Positions 29,625 through 41,109 of a stretch of 64,000 nt of DNA are shown here, one piece after another. Source of the stretch: a virus (lineage: Duplodnaviria; Heunggongvirae; Uroviricota; Caudoviricetes). Position 1 is the first letter of the stretch; every line of letters begins with the position of its first letter. The position numbers were made by a program, and so were the translations under genes. Below the pieces are notes generated by a model. That model did not search any database. It was not told the DNA's origin and was given only the letters and a program-made list of their open reading frames with translations. Location of the stretch: IMG/VR virus record IMGVR_UViG_3300029186_000001. One strand, written 5' to 3'.

Positions 29625-29658
29625 ATAACTTCGTATAATGTATGCTATACGAAGTTAT
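29625..29658. promoter_or_regulatory. loxP: loxP recombination site
   Basis: ataacttcgtata-atgtatgc-tatacgaagttat, canonical 13-8-13 loxP. Confidence 0.98.
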
Positions 29659-29701
29659 TAGGTCTGAAGAGGAGTTTACGTCCAGCTGCGCATAAAAATC
29701 A

Positions 29702-29718
29702 AGAATTATTAGAGCAAT
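29702..29718 (-). promoter_or_regulatory. C1 operator-like 17-mer
   Basis: agaattattagagcaat. Confidence 0.55.
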
Positions 29719-29784
29719 AAATTTTGAGAGAATAATCCCACTCCACCAGCCAAAAACTGGATTGTTTTTCATAGTTGTTTGACA

Positions 29785-29801
29785 ATTGCTCTAATAAATT
29801 A
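29785..29801 (+). promoter_or_regulatory. C1 operator-like 17-mer
   Basis: attgctctaataaatta. Confidence 0.6.
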
Positions 29802-30039
29802 TAGTTTTGCCGCCGTTTCGTAATACGACTTTGGATTCACTATTTAATGTGTCTTCAGCGTTGTAGAGCGGCTCAGAAGGAAATGAGCAAACAGGGAAAC
29901 CTTATACAACGGCATTACAGCTATGCATTGCTCATCTTACACACAGCGCAATGTTGTTAGATTACCCCAGCATGGATCATGGGTGAAACAGTAGGTCAGA
30001 GCTTCAGGCTCTGTGTTGTCAATACAGTGAGGCATAATT

Positions 30040-30249
30040 ATGGCTTTCATTCCACCAACCATCGACGACGTTAGACATTGCTCTAACGCTTTATCTGTAG
30101 ACCCCGCCGAAACCGACGCTGCCCGCGCCATTGCTGAACACTACTCAAAGATATCCAATCAGGAGTACCGCATCACCCAAGACGACCTGGATGATCTCAC
30201 TGACACAATCGAATATCTCATGGCCACTAACCAGCCAGACTCACAATAA
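30040..30249 (+). CDS. coi: Coi (C1 inactivator)-like protein
   Basis: 69-aa ORF directly upstream of c1. Confidence 0.6.
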   Translation: MAFIPPTIDDVRHCSNALSVDPAETDAARAIAEHYSKISNQEYRITQDDLDDLTDTIEYLMATNQPDSQ

Positions 30250-30265
30250 ATGCACTAATAAATCT
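30249..30265 (+). promoter_or_regulatory. C1 operator-like 17-mer upstream of c1
   Basis: aatgcactaataaatct. Confidence 0.45.
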
Positions 30266-30359
30266 ATTATTTTCGTTGGATCCTTCTATAATGGTGGCCA
30301 ACAACTCCCAGTGTAATCCGCTGTGAGTTGTTGGCCATGTCAATTCTGGAGGAGGATCA

Positions 30360-31211
30360 ATGATAAATTATGTCTACGGCGAACAACTGTACCAGGAGTT
30401 CGTCAGCTTCAGGGATCTCTTTCTAAAAAAAGCTGTTGCACGCGCCCAACACGTTGATGCCGCCAGCGACGGTCGTCCTGTTCGCCCGGTTGTCGTTCTG
30501 CCGTTCAAAGAAACGGACAGCATTCAGGCTGAAATTGATAAATGGACTTTAATGGCGCGGGAACTGGAACAGTACCCAGACCTCAATATCCCAAAGACTA
30601 TTTTATATCCAGTGCCTAACATCCTTCGCGGTGTGCGTAAGGTTACTACTTATCAGACAGAAGCTGTGAACAGCGTCAACATGACCGCTGGCCGCATTAT
30701 TCATCTGATTGATAAGGACATTCGCATCCAGAAAAGCGCGGGGATCAATGAGCACAGTGCGAAATACATAGAGAACCTGGAAGCAACAAAAGAGCTAATG
30801 AAGCAGTACCCGGAGGATGAAAAATTCCGTATGCGTGTACACGGCTTTAGCGAAACAATGCTGCGCGTCCATTACATTTCCAGTAGCCCTAACTACAATG
30901 ATGGTAAATCAGTTAGTTACCATGTGCCGCTGTGTGGTGTGTTTATCTGCGATGAAACTCTCCGTGATGGAATCATCATCAACGGTGAATTCGAGAAAGC
31001 AAAATTTAGCCTTTATGACTCTATAGAACCGATCATCTGCGACCGCTGGCCGCAGGCAAAAATATATCGCCTGGCAGATATTGAAAATGTAAAAAAACAA
31101 ATTGCCATCACTCGCGAAGAGAAAAAGGTCAAATCAGCCGCATCAGTTACGCGCAGCCGTAAAACTAAGAAGGGGCAGCCAGTAAACAGCAACCCCGAAA
31201 GCGCGCAATAG
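30360..31211 (+). CDS. c1: C1 repressor of lytic functions
   Basis: 283-aa ORF beginning MINYVYGEQLYQEF; position between coi and pacB. Confidence 0.85.
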   Translation: MINYVYGEQLYQEFVSFRDLFLKKAVARAQHVDAASDGRPVRPVVVLPFKETDSIQAEIDKWTLMARELEQYPDLNIPKTILYPVPNILRGVRKVTTYQTEAVNSVNMTAGRIIHLIDKDIRIQKSAGINEHSAKYIENLEATKELMKQYPEDEKFRMRVHGFSETMLRVHYISSSPNYNDGKSVSYHVPLCGVFICDETLRDGIIINGEFEKAKFSLYDSIEPIICDRWPQAKIYRLADIENVKKQIAITREEKKVKSAASVTRSRKTKKGQPVNSNPESAQ

Positions 31212-31236
31212 TTTTCCATCCGGCATGGTCAAATTG

Positions 31237-32721
31237 TTATTCATTAAGCCATGCCAGAGCTTCATCAACCTGCGCTTCGTCTTCGACGCTAAGCACTTCA
31301 TCTTGGGGAACATAGTTCGCCAACATAGCGAAACAATATGTATCCCAATGGTCCGGTGAGTGCAGGTTGAGTTTTTTCTTCATATCTTCCTTTGACATCA
31401 CCTTCCATTGACCTGCGGAATTTATCCCTACCGGTATCTTTGATGCTTCCTCTATAGTCGCAGCCCCCTTATCAAGCCTCATACGCCCTGATTTTACAGC
31501 TTCTGCCGCCTGAATATTCGCGAAAGCGCGCATATCGAAATAAAGGCTTTTATCTTCACGGCTGTGCATCTTTTTACCCCAGCGGATACGCTGGACGGTA
31601 ATGCCATAGCGTTCGTACATTAGATCAGCCGTCGATTTCCCCAAGCCATCGCCATCAATAGCTATGGTTATGTTCGGGAACCGTTCTGGGTTACATTCTG
31701 CGAAAATCTTGGCGGCTAACTGCGTTTCTGTAACGTCTGTGTATTCCAGCATACGATAGTTGATTACACGGCGTTTATTTCGCTGGCCGGACACCATCAT
31801 GATATTAATAACGGACTTATCTCGTCCTGTGCCACCAGCAACGTCAACACATGCAACCCAGCCCCATCCTTTGGCAATCTTGACCTTTCGCCGCGTCGCC
31901 CGCTCAACCTCATCACGACCAAGAAGAAAGCCATCTTGAGATTTGGGAAATTCACCACGTACTTTGATCATGTACATGGGGTTATCACGACCGCCATACT
32001 CCGCAAGTTTTGCTCGTATAAATTTTGCATCTACAAGCGGAGATTCTTCACTATTCAGTATTATCGCAGTAAACAATCCATCAGGATTTCCCGGGCGAAT
32101 AGCTAGTCTGTGGTGTGAATCGTAGAAATAGCCTGAAGGTCGCGTAGGCTGGGAAAGAAGCAGAATACGGTTATCCTTACCGGTCAGCGCACCTGTTATC
32201 ACACTGAATGCTTTATCACTCACACCCGACGCTTCGTCGATGATATACAAGAGATGATCGGCGTGTTCACCAGCCAACGCCTCCTCATTTCCGGGGCGAC
32301 AGGACTTTATCAATATTGTCCAAACACCCTTGCCAGTCACCTCAAAAAAAGACGTTTCTGTAAGAATGAAATACTTCGACAACCACGGGAATCTGCTAAC
32401 AGCAGTAGCCCAATTGCTCTTTATGTATTTGAAAATACCATCAAGGACTTGCTGTCTTTTGTTAGCGACCAGAATGACGCGAGCGCCAGGGAAAAACATG
32501 ATGAAGAGTATTGCAATGATACTCGTCATATCCGATTTACCAGTACCATGGCCGGAGGTCACACTTGTCCAACTGCCGTCCTGCTGCGTGGACTCAATGA
32601 TCTCATCCTGCTGCCAGGTTGGTGTCTTCCCAAACAACACATCAGCGGCCGCAATCCAGTCATAACGATATAGCGCCACCAGCTCGCGCCAACGTGGGTC
32701 CGTTACGCAACTTCTGGCCAT
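31237..32721 (-). CDS. pacB: Terminase large subunit PacB
   Basis: 494-aa ORF with Walker A GHGTGKS and Walker [10 protein letters not shown]; immediately downstream of pacA. Confidence 0.85.
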
Positions 32722-33914
32722 TAATCATCATCCCCGTACAGTTTGCGGGTAACTTCTTCGTCTTCCTCCTCGTCTTCGTCCAGATCCTGTTCAAGCCATG
32801 CTTCGTTTGATATGCCTTCCGCATCGACATCACCATAACCACCTGTATCGACGATATCGGCAATTTCTTCTCTACGATGCTCAATCCACAATGCCGCATC
32901 AGCGCGGCGGCTGGCGGCCCGTTCTCGCGCGATTTTATCCAGATCTTCAAGTGATGGAGCGCCAGATGCTGTTTGGTTTTCCTCATCATCGGTATTGGTC
33001 TTAGGAGCACGCAGATCGGCTTTGATTTGCTCCAGCATCAGGGGCGGCACTTTTCCTCCATGCGCCTCGATGAATTCAGCCGCTTCCAGCACTGACCAGT
33101 TATTTTCACGCTTTCGTTCGTATGCCAGCTTAACAATGCCAGCTTGCCCCATAGATAAAGCGTGCTTTTCCGCCTCCCGGCTTTCTTTTCGATAGTTATT
33201 CCGGATGCTGTAAATGGTGTTGATCAGGCTGCTTATCTGCGCGGAACAGCTGTTTAGCATGCTCGCGATACGGTATTCAGGCGGAGTACCTTCATCATCG
33301 TCTTTTTGCTGATCGCGCATTTCCTGCACTAGGCGAATACACGTATCCCTGGCGTTCTCCAGCATAAGGAGATGCGAAAGAGACTTTTCCAGAAGAGTGG
33401 TTTCCAGAACATCGGCCCCGGACCGACGCAACATAGCGCGCGCGGCCTTCCGCGCTTCAACGTTATCTATCAGGTAATCGCCAGCTTCGAATTCAAAGCG
33501 TTCACCATCATCATCCAGGGTGTCGCGTTCCAGGCGATCACGCAAGGTCCGGTGGGCGCGGGTGATCACGTCATGATCATCTGAACGATCATTTATGCGC
33601 TTATTTTGGCGCTTCGCATTCTCGACTGCGGCACTGACAACGGCATTAACTCTTTGTTTTTCCGCTATTTCAGCCGAAATGTGATCACCTGCATGTTGAT
33701 CATTAGAGTGATCAATGATCATGCTTTTTAGTGGCTTCCTGACTGGCTTATTTGGCTTGCGGCTGTCCGTAGTCCTGGTGTCTTCTTTGAAGGCACGGAG
33801 ATAACGACGTGCGGTATTAGGGTTAAGATTAAACTCGGCGGCATACTGTGCGATGGTGTAACCACCATCTCGCGCCAGGCGAGCAAAATTCTTCTTGTGA
33901 TCGTCCCAGGTCAC
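32721..33914 (-). CDS. pacA: Terminase small subunit PacA (contains pac site)
   Basis: 397-aa ORF with N-terminal HTH; contains the hexamer cluster. Confidence 0.85.
33563..33722. promoter_or_regulatory. pac: pac packaging site: 3 + 4 (T/C)GATCA hexamers flanking the cleavage region
   Basis: Hexamers at 33563, 33574, 33586 and 33682, 33697, 33709, 33716, each containing a Dam GATC. Confidence 0.8.
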
Positions 33915-33999
33915 TTATGCTTCCTTTCGTAAAAACTCTTTTTGACGCGAGGGTAACGAAAGTCACATGTCAAAAGGCCCGGAACGGGCAAGCAATCAA

Positions 34000-34452
34000 T
34001 CAGATACGTGCGGATGTGGCATTACCGTAATGACGGTGCTGACGGGCCACCTTATTGAAAAGTTGACGCGCCATTACCCAAGGCTGGTGCTCCCGGCGTT
34101 CCTTTTCGTCCTGCGTCATATAGAGTTCGTTCTGGAGTTTTTCATCAAACCGGCGCGGAGCGCGGCTACGGCGAAAGAATTCAGGATTCAGAGAGTGGAT
34201 CTGAAATCTACGTGGGCGTGTACTGTCATCTATCAAAACAGACGAATACTTAGACACAGCGATAGCCTTTAAGCGCAGATAAACATCGCGCTTATCGACA
34301 TCCAGATGCGGGTATTCCTTTTCAAGAATTGCTGCGAGTTCTTTCGCTGATAGAAGAGATTTAGTGCGGATCATGTAATCCGCAATCTCGTACGATGTTA
34401 TTCGTGAGTGATTTATTTCCATGAAGTGGCGTCCCTGCCAGTTAAGTAACAT
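34000..34452 (-). CDS. lpa: Late promoter activator Lpa-like
   Basis: 150-aa ORF upstream of pacA with a C1 operator-like site upstream. Confidence 0.6.
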   Translation of the reverse strand: MLLNWQGRHFMEINHSRITSYEIADYMIRTKSLLSAKELAAILEKEYPHLDVDKRDVYLRLKAIAVSKYSSVLIDDSTRPRRFQIHSLNPEFFRRSRAPRRFDEKLQNELYMTQDEKERREHQPWVMARQLFNKVARQHRHYGNATSARI

Positions 34453-34522
34453 CCTGTCACCTACTGATTAGCCCATGTCAACTAATCAACGTGGAATATA
34501 ATACCCTCGATTAAAGAAATAG

Positions 34523-34539
34523 CAATACATTAGAGCAAT
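34523..34539 (-). promoter_or_regulatory. C1 operator-like 17-mer upstream of lpa
   Basis: caatacattagagcaat. Confidence 0.55.
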
Positions 34540-34540
34540 T

Positions 34541-35584
34541 TTATCTAACACTCGACGAATGACTTGTGATAACGCCCACTCCAAGCGCGTAATCAAAGAA
34601 CAATCGTTGATGCATCGCCAACCTACCGTGCGTCTTCTCCCAATTATCGCGGTCACGCTCAATATCACGCTGGCATGACTGGCACAGAGGAATTGCGTAA
34701 ATGTCATGCGCGCATAATCGACTATGACGAACGATATAAGGCGTAATGTGAGCGCCAGCTCCCGCAGCTCCACACCCACAGCATGGACGGGAAGCAACAA
34801 AGTCCATGTACTCAGGTAATTTTAGCGATTGCAGTTTTGGTATTTTGAAATGCGCCATGCCAGGGTCGGAGTCAACATCCACAGGGCATACTTTTGCACG
34901 CATCGGCGCGGCGCGTTCTTCCATCATCTGAACATATGCTGTAGCGCGATCGTCATACGGGCGAATATCCGCCTCTTTCAGAGGTCCGCTATCCTGCGGA
35001 GTAGCCTTCATCTTATTTATTGATATGCGGCAGACTTCTTCCGGCATCAGGTGCATCATGTTGCGCATGAAAGCCCACCAGCACAGCTCCTGAATACTTA
35101 AATCATGGCTATTTGAAAGGCCCATTTCCTGACGGGCGACATCCAGTATCCAGTTAACGCGATTATTGTGCAGCGTTTCTTTCAGCTCATTAAAACCACG
35201 CATCCGGTAATGGTTATCGTGATGCCAGCACAACAACACCGCGCTATTGTCTCGTTCAGCGTGGACAATATGGTTGTCACACCAACTACGATCTGCGGCC
35301 TGGCATTGACCCTCTTTCCTACGCAACCACGCCACCAGCGCGTCAATTCCACCAATACGGCGAAACAGTTCATCGCTGTTAAAAAACGGCTGCAACGCCT
35401 CATTTGTTGCCATGGTTTGCTCGGTAACAACGAGGCCGTCTTCCATGTGCTCGATTAACTCACGCGGCACCGGCTCCATAATAAATTTACGGCCAGCCTC
35501 CACCAGCTTTCTGACCTCCTGATCCACTTTGAACGTGGCGAGGCCAAGCTCTTTCTGTACAAAGGGAGTAATTACGGCTTTCAC
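34541..35584 (-). CDS. Hypothetical protein with Cys-rich C-terminal region
   Basis: 347-aa ORF. Confidence 0.5.
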   Translation of the reverse strand: MKAVITPFVQKELGLATFKVDQEVRKLVEAGRKFIMEPVPRELIEHMEDGLVVTEQTMATNEALQPFFNSDELFRRIGGIDALVAWLRRKEGQCQAADRSWCDNHIVHAERDNSAVLLCWHHDNHYRMRGFNELKETLHNNRVNWILDVARQEMGLSNSHDLSIQELCWWAFMRNMMHLMPEEVCRISINKMKATPQDSGPLKEADIRPYDDRATAYVQMMEERAAPMRAKVCPVDVDSDPGMAHFKIPKLQSLKLPEYMDFVASRPCCGCGAAGAGAHITPYIVRHSRLCAHDIYAIPLCQSCQRDIERDRDNWEKTHGRLAMHQRLFFDYALGVGVITSHSSSVR

Positions 35585-35611
35585 ATCACACCTTTAATCA
35601 CTGATTGGGCT

Positions 35612-35812
35612 TTATCTGCTGCCCGGCATTCTCTGTTTAAGCACAACCATTTCCTGACGGCATAACACAGCAATAGCGGTCCTGACTCCAATTTGCTTAC
35701 CAACCAGGTATTGCTTTACCTCGCGGCGACTCACGCCATCAAGAAGCATCTTTAACGCTTCACGGGACAACTTGTTGTATTTACGTGCCATTAATCTACT
35801 CCGCAGAACCAT
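35612..35812 (-). CDS. Hypothetical small protein
   Basis: 66-aa ORF downstream of doc. Confidence 0.35.
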   Translation of the reverse strand: MVLRSRLMARKYNKLSREALKMLLDGVSRREVKQYLVGKQIGVRTAIAVLCRQEMVVLKQRMPGSR

Positions 35813-36176
35813 ACAATCTACGTAACGTGTCGGCGACAGAAGATACAGATATCTCGCCAGTCGCAGCCCCTACAGTAAGGTCTGCCAGTTCAGGTGAATC
35901 AAATACCTGCACCCCGTTACGGCGTAGAAATAGCAGCGCACTGTTTAGCGCGGTACGCTTATTGGCATCATTGAATATATGCCCTCTCGCTGTAGCCACC
36001 AGGTAGGTGGCGGAGACTTCGAAAAGGTCGGTGATCTCTTCGTAGGCAACTCTGGCCTGAACTCTCCCGATAATGGCCTCTGCCCTACCCGGATCTGACA
36101 TTCCCGGCAGGCCGCCGTAGCGGTTTATATTCGCATCATGAAGCGCAATAAGTTCTTCAGGTGATATATGCCTCAT
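35796..36176 (-). CDS. doc: Doc toxin (Fic-family kinase)
   Basis: 126-aa [42 protein letters not shown]..., recognised as P1 Doc. Confidence 0.95.
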   Translation of the reverse strand: MRHISPEELIALHDANINRYGGLPGMSDPGRAEAIIGRVQARVAYEEITDLFEVSATYLVATARGHIFNDANKRTALNSALLFLRRNGVQVFDSPELADLTVGAATGEISVSSVADTLRRLYGSAE

Positions 36177-36397
36177 TATCGGTTAACCAGTTCCTTGTTG
36201 GTGGAGTCCAGGGTGTCAAACAGGGATGCAAATTCAGCATCCAGCGCCGCTTTTTTGTAGGCTTCGAAAGTAGCCTTGCTGACAATTACTGCTGGCTCAC
36301 GGCCTCTGCGGGTGATTTCAACCTCTTCCCCGGCTTCAACATTGTTGAGCACTTCAGAAAGGTTGCCACGCGCGGTACGGAAGTTAATGGATTGCAT
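36176..36397 (-). CDS. phd: Phd antitoxin
   Basis: 73-aa [76 protein letters not shown]. Confidence 0.95.
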   Translation of the reverse strand: MQSINFRTARGNLSEVLNNVEAGEEVEITRRGREPAVIVSKATFEAYKKAALDAEFASLFDTLDSTNKELVNR

Positions 36398-36469
36398 AAA
36401 CACCTCGTGTACTCGTTATGTGTACACAATTATAAACTTCACAGGCATAAAGCACCAGCACTTTGCAGC

Positions 36470-36859
36470 TTAAATAACCGGACAATCATCAAATTCCCCA
36501 CTTCGGGCATCATTGATGACATGAGTGATCACACCAAAAACAGCATTACTGCCCGTGTATCCATCGTCATCTACTGGTAACGCCTCTTTCTTCCCGGTGC
36601 TTAAGTCCTCCAGGTGCTGGCGCGGATACTTCCTGTATCTCTTTATGCGATATTCACCCTCCATAGCGCACACAAGCAGAGAACCATCAACCGGAGTAAG
36701 CGAGGAATCAACCACCAGCAAAGCACCCTGCAATATTCCCTCACGGTGATGGCTATCAGCTGCCCGCATGAAGTAGGTCGCTGAAGGATGTCTAATTATC
36801 TGCTGATCAAGAGAAATTCGGCTTTCAACATAATCCGCCGCAGGAGAAGGGAAGCCCAT
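36470..36859 (-). CDS. humD: UmuD-like S24 peptidase HumD
   Basis: 129-aa ORF with UmuD'/LexA C-terminal-domain-like sequence; LexA box upstream. Confidence 0.8.
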   Translation of the reverse strand: MGFPSPAADYVESRISLDQQIIRHPSATYFMRAADSHHREGILQGALLVVDSSLTPVDGSLLVCAMEGEYRIKRYRKYPRQHLEDLSTGKKEALPVDDDGYTGSNAVFGVITHVINDARSGEFDDCPVI

Positions 36860-36877
36860 AGCGTTTTACCTCAATGA

Positions 36878-36897
36878 TACTGTTTATTCATACAGTA
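36878..36897. promoter_or_regulatory. LexA (SOS) box
   Basis: tactgtttattcatacagta, CTGT-N8-ACAG, 19 bp upstream of humD start. Confidence 0.8.
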
Positions 36898-36982
36898 TAC
36901 ATTGAAAAGGCATAGTTTGTGAAAGCGGGGTTTGTAGGCGCGCCACGCTGGGGGCTAATCACATTTCTCCCCCATCTTGCCG

Positions 36983-37234
36983 TTATTTTTTTGGTGCATC
37001 CTCGTTCTGATACACCGGATCGCTCCCTTTTGGCAACTGGAGGCTTAACTGCCGGTAGTGCCGTAGCCGTTCCATGAAATAGGCGCGCAGGTTTTCCGGT
37101 TGCTCACGGGCCACCTGCTCTGCAATCACAGGTATATTCAGCCGTTCTTTGTAAGCAACGCCGCTGGCGGCAAGGTCTACGTTCACCTTGTCTCGCTCTT
37201 CCTGGCTTTTAGCTGCTATATTTCGATCTGACAC
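36983..37234 (-). CDS. hot: Hot, homolog of DNA polymerase III theta subunit
   Basis: 83-aa ORF; [43 protein letters not shown] resembles E. coli HolE. Confidence 0.8.
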   Translation of the reverse strand: MSDRNIAAKSQEERDKVNVDLAASGVAYKERLNIPVIAEQVAREQPENLRAYFMERLRHYRQLSLQLPKGSDPVYQNEDAPKK

Positions 37235-37266
37235 AAGAAACCTCCAGGAGTTAGTGGATCAGGCAC

Positions 37267-37617
37267 ATGCACAATAACGTTCTCAATGTTAGCCGTTCAA
37301 TTCAGACAATCAGAGACTGCACCAGTGTGGTGGCATCAATCCCATTGCGAAACAGCATAGACGAACTGCAAATTCGTGTATTGAATCCGAATCAGGCTAA
37401 TAAGCAATTGCGCTTTATTTTGACGCTGAAAAGTGAAACAGAGGGGATAAAGCACAGCGTAAAAGTGTTTTCTGAGGCCATTCTGCTTAATGGGAAGCTC
37501 CGGCATCTGGTAAGGCCAGAACGTCAATATCCTGACGTCCTGGCGCGTGAAAAAGACCTTCTTTCTGAAGTTCAGGATAGGGTGATCGATTTCGTCAAAT
37601 GCTATCCCCTGCATTGA
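37267..37617 (+). CDS. Hypothetical protein
   Basis: 116-aa plus-strand ORF in an otherwise minus-strand block. Confidence 0.3.
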   Translation: MHNNVLNVSRSIQTIRDCTSVVASIPLRNSIDELQIRVLNPNQANKQLRFILTLKSETEGIKHSVKVFSEAILLNGKLRHLVRPERQYPDVLAREKDLLSEVQDRVIDFVKCYPLH

Positions 37618-38459
37618 GGGCAGGTGTTCCCTTCCGCAAAGTAGGGAAAATTGCTATCAAGTTCATCACACCATCTGCGATGGTCGTAGCACCAAAAAGC
37701 CTCCCACGGTAAACCAAAAGACTTCATCCACTGGGACACTCGATCTGGTATATCTGCTGGTGGCAGTTCTTCTGGCAATAATTTGCCTGATAATTCCCTT
37801 TCCGCCCGCGACAGCATTTTTTTGAGGCTCGCGTTCTCTTTTTCAGCCACCAGCGGCAATAAAGCCCTGGCCATCTTATGAACCAATAGTGCATCAATAA
37901 TGCCAAGCGTATGCCCCGGCTTAATGTTTAATGCCGCCTCAAGGTGACACCTTTCCAAGTCACTTTTCTCGGCTTGTTTATGATGATCTGGTGTAATAAC
38001 GTCGCCCAAAACACGGCTAATTCTTTCTCGTAATTGCTGGGTGCCAGCACACTTGATCGCTGTATCGTGGAGACGGTTAACCAGTTCGCGATAAACATGC
38101 GGCTTAATGCGGATACGTTCACCGGTGACGCCCTTTCCTGGCGCTGGCACCGAACTATCCGGAATATCCGGATAGTTGCCAGCCTCGTAAGCTACCCACA
38201 GCCAGTGCATGAATGTTTCAGTGGACACACAACCACAGTCCACATCGATTTTTCCGCGTTGCTGTCCCAGCCAATGCTCAAAATTCAATCTACACGTATT
38301 ACTTTCATGTTGCTCTTTTTGTCTCAAGGCCAGCATCTGCTGGGCTATTTCCAATACTTCATCTGCCGTATATCCAGCACCGTGACCATACATTTCGATA
38401 CGGGAAATAATCTCTGATATGCGCTCTTCAGTGATTCTGGTCATTTCTTTTTGCGCCAT
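37602..38459 (-). CDS. Hypothetical protein
   Basis: 285-aa ORF. Confidence 0.5.
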   Translation of the reverse strand: MAQKEMTRITEERISEIISRIEMYGHGAGYTADEVLEIAQQMLALRQKEQHESNTCRLNFEHWLGQQRGKIDVDCGCVSTETFMHWLWVAYEAGNYPDIPDSSVPAPGKGVTGERIRIKPHVYRELVNRLHDTAIKCAGTQQLRERISRVLGDVITPDHHKQAEKSDLERCHLEAALNIKPGHTLGIIDALLVHKMARALLPLVAEKENASLKKMLSRAERELSGKLLPEELPPADIPDRVSQWMKSFGLPWEAFWCYDHRRWCDELDSNFPYFAEGNTCPQCRG

Positions 38460-38815
38460 TTCTTTTCACATTCCTTAGTCCATTCTTCAATGTTCATTTT
38501 GGCAATATCAGTCATTCCATCACCTAAGAAATACTTTTTCCGGTATGTCTTGCACTTAAACCACACTACAACAGCCACCAGCCAGAAAATAAAAGGCCAT
38601 ACAGCAATACCAACGACAGCCGCGATAAAGCCCAATAGCCATAAATGAAGCTCTCCAACTTCTGTTTCCGGCAATATTCTTAAAGAATTAAACAGCAGGA
38701 TGAACGAATGGTCGTATGCATTGGCAGTACAAGACATGCAATCCATATAATTAAAGTCATAGCCTGCGGCTGCCGCCCATAATGGGCGGTCAAGAAAATG
38801 TTTTAGTGTCATCAT
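38441..38815 (-). CDS. Hypothetical membrane protein
   Basis: 124-aa ORF with two hydrophobic segments. Confidence 0.45.
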   Translation of the reverse strand: MMTLKHFLDRPLWAAAAGYDFNYMDCMSCTANAYDHSFILLFNSLRILPETEVGELHLWLLGFIAAVVGIAVWPFIFWLVAVVVWFKCKTYRKKYFLGDGMTDIAKMNIEEWTKECEKKWRKKK

Positions 38816-38821
38816 ATAAAT

Positions 38822-39211
38822 TTAAGGTTCAGACCAGTTATCTTCAATAGCAATGCTTAATCTTTGTAGCCATTCTGCTAATTTCAGCATTGCTTCTCTT
38901 TCGCTTAAACCACGAGGAAAATCATCAAGCGAAATTGTTGGCTTGAATCCCCCGCAATTATCCATTTCAACTGTCAGATTTTGTTCCAGCACGGTATTTC
39001 TTACGCGGCTATTGTGCCGGAGCAAATATACTGAGCGTGATTTATTGGTTTTGTGGTCTAGCTTATATTCGGTAAGTATCATCTGGCTTTTGCCATGATT
39101 ATTACCTCTCCACATACTTACCTCACTTAATAAAACAACTCCATGCGTAGTTGATGATTTTTTCCCACGTAATATAAATCTGCACTCCGGCAGTAAAACC
39201 AAAGCCAACAA
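38822..39211 (-). CDS. Hypothetical protein
   Basis: 129-aa ORF. Confidence 0.45.
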   Translation of the reverse strand: MLALVLLPECRFILRGKKSSTTHGVVLLSEVSMWRGNNHGKSQMILTEYKLDHKTNKSRSVYLLRHNSRVRNTVLEQNLTVEMDNCGGFKPTISLDDFPRGLSEREAMLKLAEWLQRLSIAIEDNWSEP

Positions 39212-39293
39212 TTGCTGAAAAAATCAAAACATTTACTTTTGACATTATAAATTTTCTCTCGGTGTCGTAGGTGATAGCACCATAATTGATAAT

Positions 39294-39527
39294 TTAGTGA
39301 GTTAGCAGTTCCATTTTTTTGATGATTTCCGCATGAGCATCATCGTTATCAACACTTAGCTCGTTTAATGCTTCTCGCACTACATCAACTTCTTCAGGCT
39401 GAAAGAAGTCGTCGCGGTAATCACCAAATAGAACCGAAACCAGCCTGCCACCAGCAACATCAAGATTGGCGCTAACAGGTGGCTCTTTGCCATCCTCAAA
39501 TTCGACTACAAAAGTTAATTTTCCCAT
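39294..39527 (-). CDS. Hypothetical protein
   Basis: 77-aa ORF. Confidence 0.4.
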   Translation of the reverse strand: MGKLTFVVEFEDGKEPPVSANLDVAGGRLVSVLFGDYRDDFFQPEEVDVVREALNELSVDNDDAHAEIIKKMELLTH

Positions 39528-39603
39528 CGTTACCCCCAGAAGATAAAAATAGCGGCAATCGCCATAGCTACGCCTACAATCGCAAATGCTTCAGGCCAGC
39601 TTA

Positions 39604-39864
39604 TTACCTCACCTCCAGTCTCCATACCGCCTGACCAATCCGGCTGGCATGGGTATCTTTGGATACTGTTCCATCTTTAGCCATCTCCATAAGAATTTTG
39701 CGCAAATCTGCCGAACGCCATTCTTCATCAGGAAATTCCTTCTCCATTGCCAACCGCAGATTCCAGGTTGCCATCCTGAATGGATATTTCCCGCCGAGAG
39801 CTTTATCTTGCAGGGCAGCCCGGGAACGCATCACCTGCAAAACCTTCTCTTTTACATCCATCAT
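39604..39864 (-). CDS. Hypothetical protein
   Basis: 86-aa ORF. Confidence 0.4.
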   Translation of the reverse strand: MMDVKEKVLQVMRSRAALQDKALGGKYPFRMATWNLRLAMEKEFPDEEWRSADLRKILMEMAKDGTVSKDTHASRIGQAVWRLEVR

Positions 39865-41099
39865 TTCGCCTCCTGCGGCGGTTCTGGTAGAGGCATCCAG
39901 TGAGTTACATGTGCCCCGTAATGATTCCAGAACGACGCAACTGGCGCACTGTCTCCATCAGGGACAACCCAGTAATCGTGATGAACTTTATTATTAAGCC
40001 CATCAAACACCAGATACTCTTTACAACTTCCGGGAATGTTCTCAGGCATTCGCTCACTACAGCTTATCCAACCATCCGGAATTACCGGATAGTTGCCAGC
40101 CAGTCTACGCAAAACAGCCTTAACAGCCTCAATACGGTCATCATCGCAATTTTCCAGCGTATCTATGCGGTCGAGCATGATGATGGCGTTATCAATATCA
40201 GGATTGCCAGTCCACTCATTATCGCGATTGGATTCGGCAGCCTGGTTGCCAGATGCTGGCTGATTGTCGGCTTGGCTATAGCTAACAGCACGGCAGGCAT
40301 CCTCTACGCCTTTAACTGCATCTGCACAGTAGTTATAGCGATTGCATTCCACTAACTTCTGCTTGAGATTTTCAATTGCTTGCGCGACATCAGCCTGTAT
40401 TTCTGGAACTGGCGGAACGGCTGTCTGCTGCTCTCGAACGTCATTAGCCGCTATCGGTTCTGCTGCCAACTGACTGGCATATTTGTTAATGGTAACGATA
40501 AGCTCTTGCTCAGCCTCATCCAGACAATCACCGATACCTCGCCTGTCACCGTCAAAATCATCGAAATCGGCACGAATCCTGGCAACCTTCAGGATTGCGG
40601 ACAACACCTCACTAGGAATTGCCGGATAGTTGGTTGACGTTTCCGCGATTTCCCGAAAATTATTGGTTGACGAATTCTTGTTTTCCCGAAAGTTTCCGGA
40701 CTGAAGCATGGCGGCGCGGCAGGCGTTCCATATTTCGGCAGCAATATCGCGCTCGCTATCGGTTAATTTGTACGTTGAAACATAGCCAGAGAGCATTTCT
40801 ACGTTTTCCGGAGTTGCTTCTTCAGGCACTACCGGTGCTGGAGGGGCGGCGTAAATGCCCTCTATCACTAAATGTTTGCGCTCAAAATCATCTGGCTCTC
40901 GATGATATACGTAACTCCAATCACCAAGGTTATCATTGCGCCTGCAACGGAAACCTATCGGCTCTGCTTCCAGCGATGCCAGAGCAATTCGTGCCAGTTC
41001 TTCCGCTTCTTCTGCTGGCAGTACAACGTTGCTACCAGGTCCGTATGTTTCGCGCCACTGCCTGATTGTCAGCAGTCGCTCTTTGGTAATAGTGGTCAT
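39861..41099 (-). CDS. Hypothetical protein
   Basis: 412-aa ORF. Confidence 0.55.
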   Translation of the reverse strand: MTTITKERLLTIRQWRETYGPGSNVVLPAEEAEELARIALASLEAEPIGFRCRRNDNLGDWSYVYHREPDDFERKHLVIEGIYAAPPAPVVPEEATPENVEMLSGYVSTYKLTDSERDIAAEIWNACRAAMLQSGNFRENKNSSTNNFREIAETSTNYPAIPSEVLSAILKVARIRADFDDFDGDRRGIGDCLDEAEQELIVTINKYASQLAAEPIAANDVREQQTAVPPVPEIQADVAQAIENLKQKLVECNRYNYCADAVKGVEDACRAVSYSQADNQPASGNQAAESNRDNEWTGNPDIDNAIIMLDRIDTLENCDDDRIEAVKAVLRRLAGNYPVIPDGWISCSERMPENIPGSCKEYLVFDGLNNKVHHDYWVVPDGDSAPVASFWNHYGAHVTHWMPLPEPPQEAK

Positions 41100-41109
41100 G
41101 TGTTAGTCC

